A stretch of DNA of 62,343 nucleotides, filler included, from Dirinaria sp. TL-2023a (GCA_051941275.1; 7 parts of 7 records of this genome joined end to end with filler, not necessarily neighbours in it), one strand, 5' to 3'; positions 38,072 through 50,754 are shown, counted from the whole stretch's first letter. The notes: generated from the sequence alone by a model not told the origin. Made by a program: numbers and translations.

Positions 38072-39844
38072 TTATTCATACATTGTCGAGCTCAACGTCA
38101 CAACCACATATTTTGTCGCCCCATCTTCGTCCTTACATGGGGTCCAGTGCGTGAAGAACTTATCGTCGCCGCGTCGAGCGAGCGATCGAAGGGTGAAGAG
38201 CTGGATGCTGGCAGAAATTGCCAAGCCATGCTTCAACGCATCCTTGACCTTGGATTTGTATTCCCGGGGCAGAGAGGTGGTATGCTGGGCTAGGAATTTG
38301 AAGATGTTGTTGCCGACGAACTCTTGGCTGGCGGAATTGGTGATACCGAGGACGTCAGAAATCCCAATGGAATAGAACTGGATCGTGAAATCCGAGTATC
38401 TAATGACGAGATACTGCGCAGCATTAACAAGCTACCTCGGTGCAAATAGATATGTATGTACCTTTGAGTATGCGGTGTAAAAAGCTTCCATCTGTGTCCG
38501 GAAATTCATCTTCTCGATTTTCTTGAGTAGTCCTTGCTCCATTCCCGCCTCTCGACCAACCTCTACCTTTTTCGTACTGGTCGGCATTGATGGTGTGGTC
38601 TCTTTCTTGGTGAATCCGAAGAAGCTTCTTTTGGAAGATTTAGGACCAGAGGTTGATGGTGAGCCGTCTTTTTCATCATCTGCATCGTCGGACGCAGACA
38701 GTATACGGAGAACATCTGTATTGCTTCGAATTGTCGTTGAACAATTGATCTGTCCGCCAATATAGAACGCCAACCGACCTGTGGCGTCCAGTAGTGGTGC
38801 TACGACAAATCAGCCATGCAGTGGGGGGGTATTGTAGCTCTTGATTTGAGAACTCACCAACGTAAAGCAGATTCCAGAAGGGCTCTCCGTTCTTTTTGTA
38901 GTTCAAGAGCAGCTCCACTGTTTCTTCCCTTGCTTCGATGGAGGCTTTTAGCCGTTTGGTAGCAGTTCGGTCTGTGTAGCTCCCTTGCAAGAAACGACAG
39001 TTGCGCGGTACGACCTCGCTCCTTGAGTAGCCAGTAACATTCACAAACCCGTCAGAAGCGTATACGATGGGGTTATCTGCTTTTCTAGCCAATCATCAGC
39101 TTTGTCATAGTTCCGAAGCGCATAATGCGCAGGTCCCCTTACGCAGGATCAGTTAGGCAGAAGCAGTCCCCAAGGCCCTGGTACCTGCTGCGATCGGACG
39201 AAAGTGCCTTAGATGCACTGTTCGTCATCTGATACTTGACGAACCGGGGATAGATGGAAGACCTTAGAATATTTTCGACACCCTCTTGAGCTTCTGCAAA
39301 GATCGATTCCATCGCAGGCAAGGTTGATGTGGTGCTTGCTTTTATATCCGCGTTGATTCTCTTGAGCATATTGGTCGAAATACCTAGCTGCTGCGGACTT
39401 TCCGTCGATGTGTATGAGCGATTGATGTCGGTCATAATGGTCATCAGTTCATCTAAGAGCGCACTGTAGCGGTCTACCTGTAAATTTGTATATTGGTCAG
39501 TGGTCATATCAGGGCATGAAGCCTGAGAGCGCTGCTCGTACTTTCTCCAGGAATTCCATGTTTTCGCCGCACATTCGAGCCTGACAGAACTTGGCCAATC
39601 GATGCGCAGTGGTAGGATTGTGGAGGACGATCTGAAAGACCTCGGAGCTGAAGAAGTCGGCGAGTCCATTGGGCGTTCGATCTAGCCCGGCTTGATGCTT
39701 GGGACTGGAGAATGAGGAGGGAGGTGGATTGTAGTTGCGCGAGACATCACCATTGGCGTACTGGCCATACCCGTTGGCATTTTCCAGAGCCTGGCCATTG
39801 CGATTCTCCGCATTGCGAACCACGAGTGACATGTCGCCGTTCAT
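38072..39844 (-). CDS. RGS-LOV blue-light photoreceptor (BcLOV4-like: RGS, LOV, C-terminal PAS-like/DUF)
   Basis: RGS-like FCQARMCGENMEFLEKV..IYPRFVK. LOV motifs GLGDCFCLTDP, NPIVYASDGF, PRNCRFLQG, LLNYKKNGEPFWNLL and FYIGGQIN. Polybasic KRSFFGFTKK. Last exon ends ..STMYE*. Confidence 0.9.
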
Positions 39845-40758
39845 CCTTTGGTGGCGAGAAGGCCGTCTCGCATTATTGACGGGGTGGTAGAGAAGAAAGG
39901 GGACAACAGATCAACGACAAGCGATGGTCGTACGCTGGACGCGTGCTACCTACACGGAACAGGTAGTCATTGAGTAGAGAGTGCACTAAATTGCCAGTCT
40001 ACCCGTAACTGGATCTGCAGGTTGGGTGATTTCGCATCTGGATGCCGTCCCGGCAGAAATTCCCTGTCGAGCGTGTCTAGCCTTGGATGTTGACGGACAT
40101 AACTCCTGGGAGCCAATCACCGAACTTCATAGGCTCGCGAATCTTAGAGGCATACGCACGATACGATGATGATCGGAGATGATGGCACGATGCGTCCTGC
40201 CCTTCTAGCGACGTTGCTAAGTAGCTAGACCCCGCCATGGTGCCGCGCAAGATCTGCCACTTGCTCATTACGGGCTCGTCAGCGTCGCCCGGTCTTGTTC
40301 CATGGCGCTCTTCAGAGCTCGAATCCGCTGCTACCACGGCACAGGGAAAAAAAATCTAATCGTAAACGACCCAAACTCAGAGTACCTTAGATTTCGCCTG
40401 TCCATGTTTACTCTCTCTACCCTACTCTACTTTCAACCCCGACCATACTTTGTCACTTTCATTTCCATTCTTGACTACGCCCTTGAAGGTATCCCCAACT
40501 CCATGCACAGCGTAGACTTTTCGCCTACTTTCTCTGGCCCTTCCACCACGGCGTTAGTTCATTCGATGTATCCCACACTTTAGACTCCCTCTTCTCAGAC
40601 TTCTGATTCTTTCTACCTTTCGGGCCTTCCTTGTATTTTCCGGCTTTTGCCTTCTCACTGATTTATGAGCTCCCGTTGCTACGTTCAGCAATCTCAAGTT
40701 GTCTGAAATCCTAGCCTTTGGCTCATCTTCTGTGTGCTTGGATATACAATCGTTGAGG

Positions 40759-43613
40759 ATGGCTGAAGAATCTAGCGTGCAGAGCATTGATGATGCTCGA
40801 GTGAAGGAAGTCGAAGACGCTTATGGGGACGAGTTTAACATGGGAAGCGACGACGGCTCGTCCTCCACTGACTCCGTACCTTCCAAAGACATCTACTATA
40901 GCCCTCATCCACGGACTGCACAATCTGGATTCGTCGTAAAACTAGACGCGTGGGTCCTCCTTTTCTTTTCTCGATCCTCTATGCTCATTGCTATGAACAA
41001 ATGCTCATTGCGGAGATTGCATTGCAGGCATCATGCCGTGGACAGCACCCCACCTGTCCAGCCAATAACACCAGCGTCCGAACCACACAAAACCGAACCA
41101 TACGAGACCGAACCATACGAGACCGAACCATTCAAGACCGAACCCTACGAGACCGAACCATACAAGACTGAACCATACGAGACCGAGCCATACAAGACTG
41201 AAAAATACGAGACCGAACCCTATGAAACCGAACCATACGGAACCGAAGAGCCGCCTCCACTGTCCCCAATCGAAGAATTAGATGATGATTTGCTCCATCA
41301 GCCAAAACCGCGACCCCGGTCTGGGGCGGCAGCCTCGATCGCTTCGGTCAGAGAAGAGTCTCAAGAGGGTGTCTCCCTTGAGCAGCAATCAGAGCTACTT
41401 TTTTCCCGCCAACACCTAGAACTCATACTTACCGACCCGCAATTGTCCTCGCGTTTTACCAGCTTTTTACGGACCTACCGTCCTGATTCAGTACCGATCC
41501 TGGTCTATCTGCTGGACGCCGTCAAGGCACTCAAAGCTATCAAATATGCGGAGGCAATCATTAGTGGCCTCGAACCGGTAGCTGGGTACGATTTCACCAA
41601 AGAGGTAACAGGCGCAACAATGAGTTGGGTAATTGATGACAAAGCCGAAAGGGCGATGGAGGTCCTTGCGAAAGACGACCTTCCGGCATTCATCGCTTAC
41701 GTCTACGTGCGAACTGTCGACCTGGCCTTGGTAGATAGGGTAACAAGGCGAGACTATCATGATCATTGCAATTTTGCAGACGGCTTAGCCGAGGTTTTTG
41801 TTCTCTCGGACCCTGCGCAGGAAGATAATCCGATCGTTTTCGCTTCTGAAGGTGTGACACTGCAAACTCTCATTCTAGATGTGAGGATCTGACGCCTGCT
41901 AGAGTTCCACGAGATGACCCAATACCCTCGGAGTTATGCCCTTGGCCGCAATTGCCGCTTCTTGGGAGGACCTAGGACAGATTTGTGTGGGATAACGCGA
42001 TTCCGAGCATCGTTGGATGCCGAGCGCGAGCACTGCGAGGTGCTGTTGAACTAGTAAGCATTCTCGTTCTCTTACAGATTCTCCTGATATTTGACTAAAA
42101 CCCGCGATAGCCGCAGGGACGGTACACCATTCATCAACCTCATTATGTGCGTGCCTTTGAGGGACCAGTATGGTAGAGTGAGGTACTTCCTTGGAGCTCA
42201 GCTTGATATCACCGAGCTGGTGAGAAACTGCACGGAGCTCGAGTCACTGCGAAAACTAGTAGAACAACGAAGAAAACAACTGGAAAAGTCTGAGGGCGGT
42301 AACGTTCCACTAGAGATGCCGCAAACTGACGCATTTGAACAACTCGGTGAAACCTTTAACTCACGCGAGCTTGAAGTACTTTTGAATTTAAGACTTCGGC
42401 TCAATCCAGACCCAGCAAAGAAAAAGGGTTCTGAATTCAACATCGGATCTGAGCGGTTTCCAATGCCACCCAAAAAATCATCATCAAACCTAAATAATAT
42501 CTTCCAGCTCAATGGGCAAGGCAGCGCTCCTCCATTGGGATTTTATCAGAACGTTGGTTAATTGAATTGCCTAACGTCGTTCATTTTGCTGACATCTTAT
42601 AGTATTTGCTAGTTAGACCGCATCCATCTCTTCGTATTTTGTTCGCCTCTCCTGACTTGCGAGTCCCCGGAATATTGCAAGCTCCACTCTTGAGTCAACT
42701 TGGTGGCAGTCAAAGGGTCCGCGAAGATCTTGAACAAGCTCTTGAGGTTGGCAGGAAGGTCACTGCGAAAGTACAATGGCTGTCCAAATCGGCACAGACT
42801 GCCCCGTCGAAATGGATTCACTGCACTCCACTGCTCGGAATTAATGGGCTTATTGCGGTATGGATGGTCATTCTTGTGGATGATGTCCAAGTAGAAGAAA
42901 AACAGCGAGCTCCAGTACCGGTTAAACAGCATCTCCCCAATGAGATGGGTGCCCGGACAACGGAAGCACTACCTTGGGATAAGGCAGCTGCACCAGGTCT
43001 ATCAGGCACGATAACCAACGGGTTTGGAGAGGGTTCTGGCTCGTCCAACACAAGCCAGGCTGCGCCATCACGCGAAGGCTCCAGGAAATTGAATGATCCT
43101 ACACCTCCAATACCGGAGCGGAATCGCTTAAGGAAGGAACCGCAAACCAGCGCGCGACGACCATCAGATGGTACCAAAAACGCCACAGTCACACCCTTTT
43201 CAACAAAGATGGACTCGCGCTATAGAGTCAAGGTCTGGAGTGGAGCTGAAGGTGAGAAAGAAGTACAAACCACGGAAGAAAATGCAAGATCTAGGGCTTG
43301 GCAACCAAGATTCGGACAGCCGCCGGATATTGCTGGTACTGCAGTCAGACCTGGCCCAAGGATTAACGGCAGAACATATTCTTTCAACTCAAACAGCGAA
43401 CATGGCATCTCAGTAGATGACGAACACACAAACGGATCTATCGGCAGCGACAGACCAACAAGCCAAGGCAGTTCTATTGCGCCATCCCGAGGCACTGGGA
43501 GTATTACGCCGGGAAGTATAACTTCGAAGTTGCAGAACGGAGCTGACGGTAGGCCGTTTACCCGGAGGACATACAAGTCTTTGTCGCCATACGGAATGCT
43601 GTTCGAGGATTAG
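40759..43613 (+). CDS. Second RGS-LOV-PAS protein (different subfamily), multi-exon
   Basis: LLFSRQHLELIL..FTSFL..DAVKALKAIKYA (RGS-like). LOV motifs GLAEVFVLSDP..DNPIVFASE, GRNCRFLGGP, NYRRDGTPFINL and YFLGAQLDIT. Then YLLVRPHPSLRILFASP..WIHCTPL and C-terminal RRTYKSLSPYGMLF. Confidence 0.85.
41080..41244 (+). repeat. Coding minisatellite, 11 x 15 nt (EPY[E/K]T)
   Basis: GAACCATACGAGACC variants encoding EPHKT EPYET EPYET EPFKT EPYET EPYKT EPYET EPYKT EKYET EPYET EPYGT. Confidence 0.95.
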
Positions 43614-44082
43614 CTCACGGCTGATATTTAACATCTTGCCTTTTATCTGCTCAAGTCTAAGCTCTGCATCGAAATCAACGGCGTCATGTGTTTTGCCAGC
43701 AAGGATACCCGCATTTTGCTGTTTTTATTTTTGCATACTTTGTCGAAGTATTGGTCTATTGTACACACAAAATTTAACGAATGATGAATTGAAAACTTTA
43801 TAATCTCCTTGTCAAACGAGGCCGCATGTATCAGATTGAAATAACGCAAAGAACTCAAGTACGCAAGTACTCGTAGCACCAGAGAGCTTTGAGAAGTTCA
43901 GCGTCCAGCAACAACGATGACGAAAGCCCGAAAAGGTCCTCAATTACTGCAATCCCGGTCAAAGGGACCAGGCCGACCAACCCAGGTCTTTGTAACTCAC
44001 ATCACATTCTCATTATTTTCCAAGGTAAATGGCATGATAGTAGAGAAAGATGGGAAAAGGCATAGACTCAATATGTAGCCAG

Positions 44083-44219
44083 TACTCTTATTCACCTACT
44101 TTCTTGGTAGTTTTAGGGTTAAACCACTAAGAACTCCATAACCCTAAGTAGGGTAGGGTTGGAAGAACTCTGGTGGTGGGTAACCCTAACCCTACCAAGA
44201 AAGTAGGTGAATACGAGTA
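44083..44219. mobile_element. Putative Tc1/mariner-type MITE/foldback element, 137 bp including flanking TA
   Basis: 44083-44110 (TACTCTTATTCACCTACTTTCTTGGTAG) matches the reverse complement of 44192-44219 at 27/28. TA at both ends; no ORF. Confidence 0.7.
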
Positions 44220-44562
44220 GATTAAAAGGAAGAGGAGGTTTGACACGAATACCTTAAGATACTGTTGATTACTGCTGCAAAATACCTATCACCACACCAA
44301 CTTATTCTAAGATCTAGTATTCATTGATTGTGTCAAACTCTTATATATTTTATAATTGAGGAGAAGATTGGCACATTCGGCCATAGGCAACTGAAAAATG
44401 AGGATCCCGTCCGCTTTCCACCCATAACCAGTTGACCGGTCAATTAGTAGTTGGGTCGGTGACGACCAGCGAATCCTGGCTGCTGAATGTATGGTTTTCT
44501 TGTTTTTTTTTTTTAATTTTTGAATTTTTTGGGGATTAGAAGGCTTTTTAAAGAGATGGAGC

Positions 44563-44662
44563 NNNNNNNNNNNNNNNNNNNNNNNNNNNNNNNNNNNNNN
44601 NNNNNNTTAATTAATTAANNNNNNNNNNNNNNNNNNNNNNNNNNNNNNNNNNNNNNNNNNNN
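44563..44662. other. Artificial contig linker
   Basis: N44-TTAATTAATTAA-N44. Confidence 0.97.
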
Positions 44663-45226
44663 GGATTTTCAAGGGCCCCGCCCGGTGTGGTCGAGGGGAA
44701 GGAATACCCGTGGTTCTGAGAGAAAGGGGAGTGGAATGGCAAGGGGAAAAGAGGGTTGCGAGCGGAATGGGAGAAGGAGAGTAAAGACGGTGTTTTGGAG
44801 CGAGCTGTACGGTCGTGCCAGCGAGACGGCCCGCCACTCTCACTCACTCCTCCGCTCTCTAAGCGAACAGGACCTGGCCACAGTTTGGCTCCGATCTCAC
44901 GGCTGGAGAAGCTCGGACGCTTTGCCGTCGTTACCTCCTCACGTGTGGTGAGTAGGGGTAGTGATTAAGGCACTTGAATATCTTCGGGCGAGATGATGGA
45001 TTGGCATCGCTGCATGAGTAGGTATTCACTGAGGGAGTCGAATTACGAAACTGGAGCAGGAAAAAATAGGCGCGGATTTGGGGGTATCTATAAACTCGAC
45101 TGCTCTCCGACAAAACCCAGCGATCCAGCGCTGATTCATGGATCTCATGCACTCATAGCCTGTTCTCGACCTGCAATGAGGATTTTTTCCAAACCTCTCG
45201 TCATCCTGCATTTCTAACCAGATCCC

Positions 45227-46554
45227 TCATAGCATAACCGCGGATACAGCCAACAAAACTAGGATGGCCTTGAGCCATGCTGGTTCTTCGGCGGCTGTGG
45301 AACCTGCATTGCGTGACCTAATGAATGTGACGTTTTGCAGCTCCGCCAGCACCTGCGGCGGCACAGCGCCCGTAGCGGCCAGCTGTCGGAGTTCGTTTCC
45401 CAAGGTATTCAGGATATTGGAGGAGCGGCCGGAAGGGCAGAAGACGACTTCGAAGCCGCCGCCGGAGGGAATAATGAAGGTTGATGTCTGGTCATCGAAC
45501 GCTAGGAAGAGCAAAAAATGCATTGTCAGTGAGGGTCTTATCCTGATGGATAATTTCAATGTGAAAAAGAACGGGCTTTACCATAACTATACGCATCAGG
45601 ACAAACTTTCTTGGCCTGGCTGCTGTATTCGCTCGGCTTGCACACGCTTGGATTGTCGTAATGCCCCACACAACAGTCGCTATCCTTGTGATTTTTGGCG
45701 CACGCGGAATAGCAGGGGTCGAAAAGGGGTCGCTGAATTGTGTCATCCGGGTAAGGGTAGACGCCATCACCTGGCTTGCTCGGTGCATCAAGCTGTAAAT
45801 CCCAAGGGCACCAGCTCTGCACAAAATCGTTGCTCACGCTTTCCTCCAGCGGGATTGGAAAAGAGCTATTGGTGCCAAGGTTAGCGTCCGAGGTGTCGCC
45901 TTTGGCTGCCAGCAGCGCGGCGGTGCCGATGCAGATGGGGTTGGTCAGATTGGGTGGGATTTCCGTTAGGGATTTGTTCCCACTTTCGGGATATAGGGAG
46001 ACGATGCCGATCGGAATATTGTAGCCGTCGACGAGGGAGATGTCGTAGAAGGTTTGACCGCTGGACGTGGCGAGAGTGAACTCCGCCAGGGTCGCTGGCG
46101 GTGCGCCTGCGACTTGACATTCGACGACGCCAAAACAGTCGCCGGTGCTGCAGGCGCTGCCACCACCGTTGTTTCCACCCGTGTTGCTCGGCCCCGTCCC
46201 GTCGAAGTTGAAGCTGCAGTTCGTCCGTCCCCACACCCGTCCCTGCCAATCGTGCCCCACCGTCAGATTGCGACTTGAGCCTGGGCTCAGCCCGAATCCT
46301 CGCGTGCCGGGACTCGTCCCAGACTGGGTGGCTATCCCCGGGTAGATTGTTTCCTTGCACTGGTTTGATATCACCAAGGGAACCGTATTGGCGCGTGGGG
46401 CCACCCAGGCGATAGGATCGCGTTTCATGTGGTGCAGAGCGCTTGTCTGAGGGAGGAGGGAAAGTAGGAAGACGAAGTATAGTATTCTTGCTGCAAACCC
46501 AGCTCTTCCGGCGCAAGGGCTTTTTGCGGGGTGGTATAGGGATGCCATAGCCAT
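45227..46554 (-). CDS. Thaumatin-like (PR-5/osmotin) protein with hydrophobic C-terminal anchor, 2 exons
   Basis: WQGRVWGRTNCSF, CSTGDC, PATLAEFTL, FYDISLVDGYN and KVCPDAYSYAFDDQTSTF. Start at 46554 or 46548. Confidence 0.93.
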
Positions 46555-48121
46555 GAGGTAGCGTATTTGTGACCGGTGGAGGAGATATCTGTATTGGACG
46601 TGATGTAGTAGCTTGACTTGATCGTCGGCTTGCAATTGAAGGATCGCGAGAGTGTCGTAAGGTCATGAAGTTTCCAAAGAGGTGTATCCAGGTTGAAACT
46701 TGCCAGGGATACTCAGGCGCGTACTCGTACAAAGAGGATGAACCAGCATCACTTTCCGATGTCCCGATTGAGGCAGAGAGCAGTGAATAGCGATACAGAG
46801 GAAGGGAAAGTCAGAAGCGACAAAAAGAGAGGTTGACAAAGAGAGTGTAAGCAATAGAGCCGCTCTGAAGCATTGCAGTGATTGATACTTGATCCATAAT
46901 AAATATCCAGTTCATGAAGTGGAAGTATAAGGGATTACTACTTCAGGTAAAGCGTTCCATATTTGGTTAAGCTTGCCAAGCATCAAATGAGGTGCCTTAT
47001 CGACATCGAGTACCAGGAAATCCTTAATCCGATTCCCACTCCTTACCTGGAAGCCAACGAAACTTCGAAAGAACCAATTTTCAATGTCAACTCCATATCA
47101 GGCCTGTACTTGCATCAAGAGTATTCTGGGAGGTCTCGCTAGACTGGCGTTCCGAACCGTTTCAGATCAAACTTATGACCTTAGCTACCTGCACACCGTT
47201 GAGTAAATAATATCCGATGATCATGTGCAAGATCATGTCTTGGCTTTGACTGTAGGTGAGATGATCAGCAAGCTCTCTCCTGTGTATAGTATTAGGCTGT
47301 TGGTGCCTGCGCAGGCAATCTCAATGTTGGCTCGAACATGGTTTTTCCGCGGACTGCTGAGTTGGCTTTGCGTCGTAAAGAGCCTATTATTACGCTTGAA
47401 TTGGTCACCGACAGGAGAAAAAGCAAATGAAGAGAGTTCAAAGCTCATCTCATTTAGTCCAAGGCGCCAGCGCTTCAATTTATCTGCATAGCTCATTTGC
47501 CCATAGTTGTCAAAGGACTGCTCCAGCGTCCAGCTCCTCGAAGTGTGGAGTCGATGGATCCCCAAGGGCCAACGACCAATATTAAGTTCTCTGCTGTCGC
47601 TGTCCTTGTCTCTCCTCGTCTGTCCCGTTGAACTAGTGCTCTTTCGGATGCAGGTTTCCAGCTTGATGCCGCTCTTTCCTGCGCAGTTGAGGGCGAGGCT
47701 CCTTGGACGGGATCGCCATCTTCGAGCCACTGTTCACAGATAGCATCAGCACTAGCGCTACGTAAAATTTGGTTCACCACCTGACCGCGTGTGATGGTGT
47801 GCCGCTCAATTTGCTCAAACTTCGAAAGGACTCTAATGTGCGCTAGTTGCCACCGCTAGCAACGCAGGGTCTGAGCTCATATGCATTCCCAGATGCAGCC
47901 TTGGTAAATTTGATATTTATTTTACATACCTATGTATCATCTAGCACCAACATCGAAGTCCTTTCGCTCTTGTACTTGAAGTATTTACTATTTTCATTAT
48001 TGCTGGTTTCTTCACTCGTCGTCGTTGCCGCCGTCTAGAAGTCGTTCCTTTTCGCCATACTACTCAGTCAATCTCCCAAAGTTGATCTTTTCTTCTTACA
48101 AGCCTCGAAAGAACAGCAGTC

Positions 48122-48491
48122 ATGAAGCTCTTCGCTGCTAGCTTTGCTCTTGTTGCCGCCGCTGCTGTCAACGCGCAGGTGAGACCAACGCACCCCCAAT
48201 TGCTTCAGACAGCTGGTTTACAGTATATAGTCCTCGACCGTTCTCGCTGCTTGCGGAACCGCCTGCGCCTCAGGTCCAGCTCCCGATGTGACTGTCACGC
48301 GAAGCAACCCATCAATGTCCGAAGGCACTCCTTGCCCGTCTTTGATCGTCAGCAGCATAGGCACGAATGGATCCAACCCCTCAGCGACAGGTGTCAGCCC
48401 GCCAATTCCCTCTTTCACCGGTGCTGCCGACCGCGTTTCAGGCACTGTCGGTGTAGCAATCGCATTCGCGGTTGCTGCCCTGGCTTTCTAA
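48122..48491 (+). CDS. Small secreted, probably GPI-anchored protein (~105 aa, 2 exons)
   Basis: Signal MKLFAASFALVAAAAVNA. Intron 48179-48230 joins to an S/T/P-rich body ending FTGAADRVSGTVGVAIAFAVAALAF*. Confidence 0.8.
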
Positions 48492-49565
48492 GGGAACAGA
48501 TCCCACAATCTGGGTGTGTGAGATCTGTTGGATGGTATTTTCTCAGCTGCGCGCTGGACGTGGGACGTTTCAGAGATTCCGCGCGTTCTCGACGCGAGCT
48601 CGCTACCACTATGATACCCTTCTCTCAGTTGGTGAATCTGGTCAACATACCAACTCGTGTACTCGTATGGGCCGCTTAATGGATGGGGTCATCTCCAATA
48701 TCTACCAGGTTCTTTGGCGCAAATGTATATATGGATGACAAGTACATAATGCTACAAGGTACTTTGGTGTCACAACTTTCTTCGTCTCTACACACAGCCA
48801 ACTGTACAGTAGACAAAGGCGCTCCTATGAACAATTGGACTCCGCGCTCCGAGCTACTCCTGAAACCCACAGCTCCTTCGCTACTGCAGGTCGTTCATTC
48901 CAATACCGGTCTACATGTAATTTACTCATCTTAAACCCGCGCTTTGCTCTGCAACGGCCCCGAATGCGCTCCAATCCTAGGATTGTCTCAAATTTGGTGT
49001 GGGCGACTTGGAATGCATCGCATGCATTAGCTCTGGGATTCGGCACCTGAATCCGCCGCTCTTTACCCAATCCAAGCTGAGACAGGACGGAAGTGGCTTG
49101 ATCCGGTCTGGAGAAGCCCGGAAAAGGAAATTTACATCTCCCCAAGAGGCTTAGCGGGGACCTTAATGATGAGCTTTCTTGTGCCGTGCACCCCAATAGG
49201 TCTAGTCGATATCCTCGTCTTTTCATCTCCTCATTTAACAAGCTGCATTCCTGGTTGCAGCAGTGCAGACAAGTGTTTACGTAGGAACGCGCCTCGAACT
49301 ATGGGATTCTGGATCTGCAGAGGAGAAGCTTGCTAGTACGGATAGCTCACCATGTGGGGAATTGGGGATGGACTTCTCCGACGCCCTGTCTCTCCATCTC
49401 ATTCTCCCTTTTGTTTAGGCCTCTTCCACATTCTTATTGTTTTCGCCATTTTCTTTTGCTCTTCACGCGCAAGTCCTTCTCCTCCATCGCCCCTCAAGAT
49501 TGTCTTGCAACCTTTCTCTTACCAGTATACTTTGTTGTAATACAATTCAACTCTCCTTTGCAACC

Positions 49566-50754
49566 ATGAAGACTGCTCTCTTCGCCGCTGTGGCTTTGGC
49601 TGCCGGTGTTTCTGCTGCTCCGTACAAGTAAATCTACCTCATTCTTGATCCTCGTACGGTTCAGTGCGTCTAATACTTGTTTCCAGCGCGCTCACCGCAC
49701 GTCAAGCAGCAGCCAATGGCCCCACTGATGCTCAAATTTTGAACTATGCTTTGACTTTAGGTATGTCAATCCGGCAGCAACATTCACACATATGCGATAG
49801 TGCTAATCCACCGCCAGAACATCTCGAGGACAAGTTCTACCGTGAAGCTCTTGCCAACTTCTCCGTGTCGGACTTCACTGCTGCTGGCTTCGATGCCTCC
49901 GTGCGCACCAACATTGTGGAAGTCTCTTCGGACGAGAGCACCCATGTCTCGTTCCTCACTTCTGCGCTCACGAAGGCTGGCGCTACCCCAGTAAAGGAGT
50001 GCACCTACAACTTTGGCGTCACGGATGTCAAATCCTTCTTGATGACCGCCTCGGTGCTGGAAGGTGTTGGTGTTAGCGCATACCTTGGCGCAGCTGCCGA
50101 CATCATGAGCAAAAATTACCTCACCGCCGCTGGAAGTATCTTGACCGTCGAGTCAAGGCACTCAGCCTACATCCGCAACGCGGTTGGCGAAAGCCCATTC
50201 CCAACTCCGTTCGATGTCCCTCTCGACTTCGACGAGGTGTACACGTTGGCCGCTCCTTTCATCGTCTCGTGCCCAAGCGACAATCCAGCACTGCCAGTCA
50301 AGGCCTTCCCAACGCTGACTGCTTCCCCTAAAAACCCGAAAAACATCACTACGGGCACTGAGATCACCCTCTTGACTCCCACCTACACGGTCAAGGCGTC
50401 AGATGGCAGCAGCCCTATCTACGCTGCTTTCATTACTGTCACCGGACCAGTCTTCGCTGAGTAGGTTTCCTTATCTAAAGTACTGCATGTAGGGTCCCGC
50501 TGATCTCTTCTGCAGAGCCACTCCCGTTACTGGAGGGTTCACTGTCAAGGTGCCAGCGGCGCCCGAGGGTACTGCACCCATTGCTGGCCAAAGCTACGTT
50601 GTGCTTACCGGCTGCAACACCACAGTCAGCGATGACACTGTCGCCGCTGGGCCAGCTATTGTTGAGGTATGACACTAATTTCTTCTGCGCTATAATATCT
50701 TCAAGCTCGCTAACGAACTTTGGTTAGATCACCAACGCTGCTGGTATGCTATAG
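49566..50754 (+). CDS. rds1: Rds1-like secreted ferritin-fold (Ferritin_2) stress protein, 5 exons
   Basis: Signal peptide, then ILNYALTLEHLE, DESTHVSFL, LEGVGVSAYLGAA, SILTVESRH, GQSYVVL and AGPAIVE. Confidence 0.88.

Noticed and set aside
41080..41244. Repeat array as CRISPR
   Set aside because: Contiguous 15-nt coding units, no spacers, no cas genes, eukaryotic context.
44181..44190. TAACCCTAAC as a telomerase RNA template or a true telomere
   Set aside because: It lies inside one arm of an inverted-repeat element and has a mirrored copy. No tandem array and no other TER features were seen.
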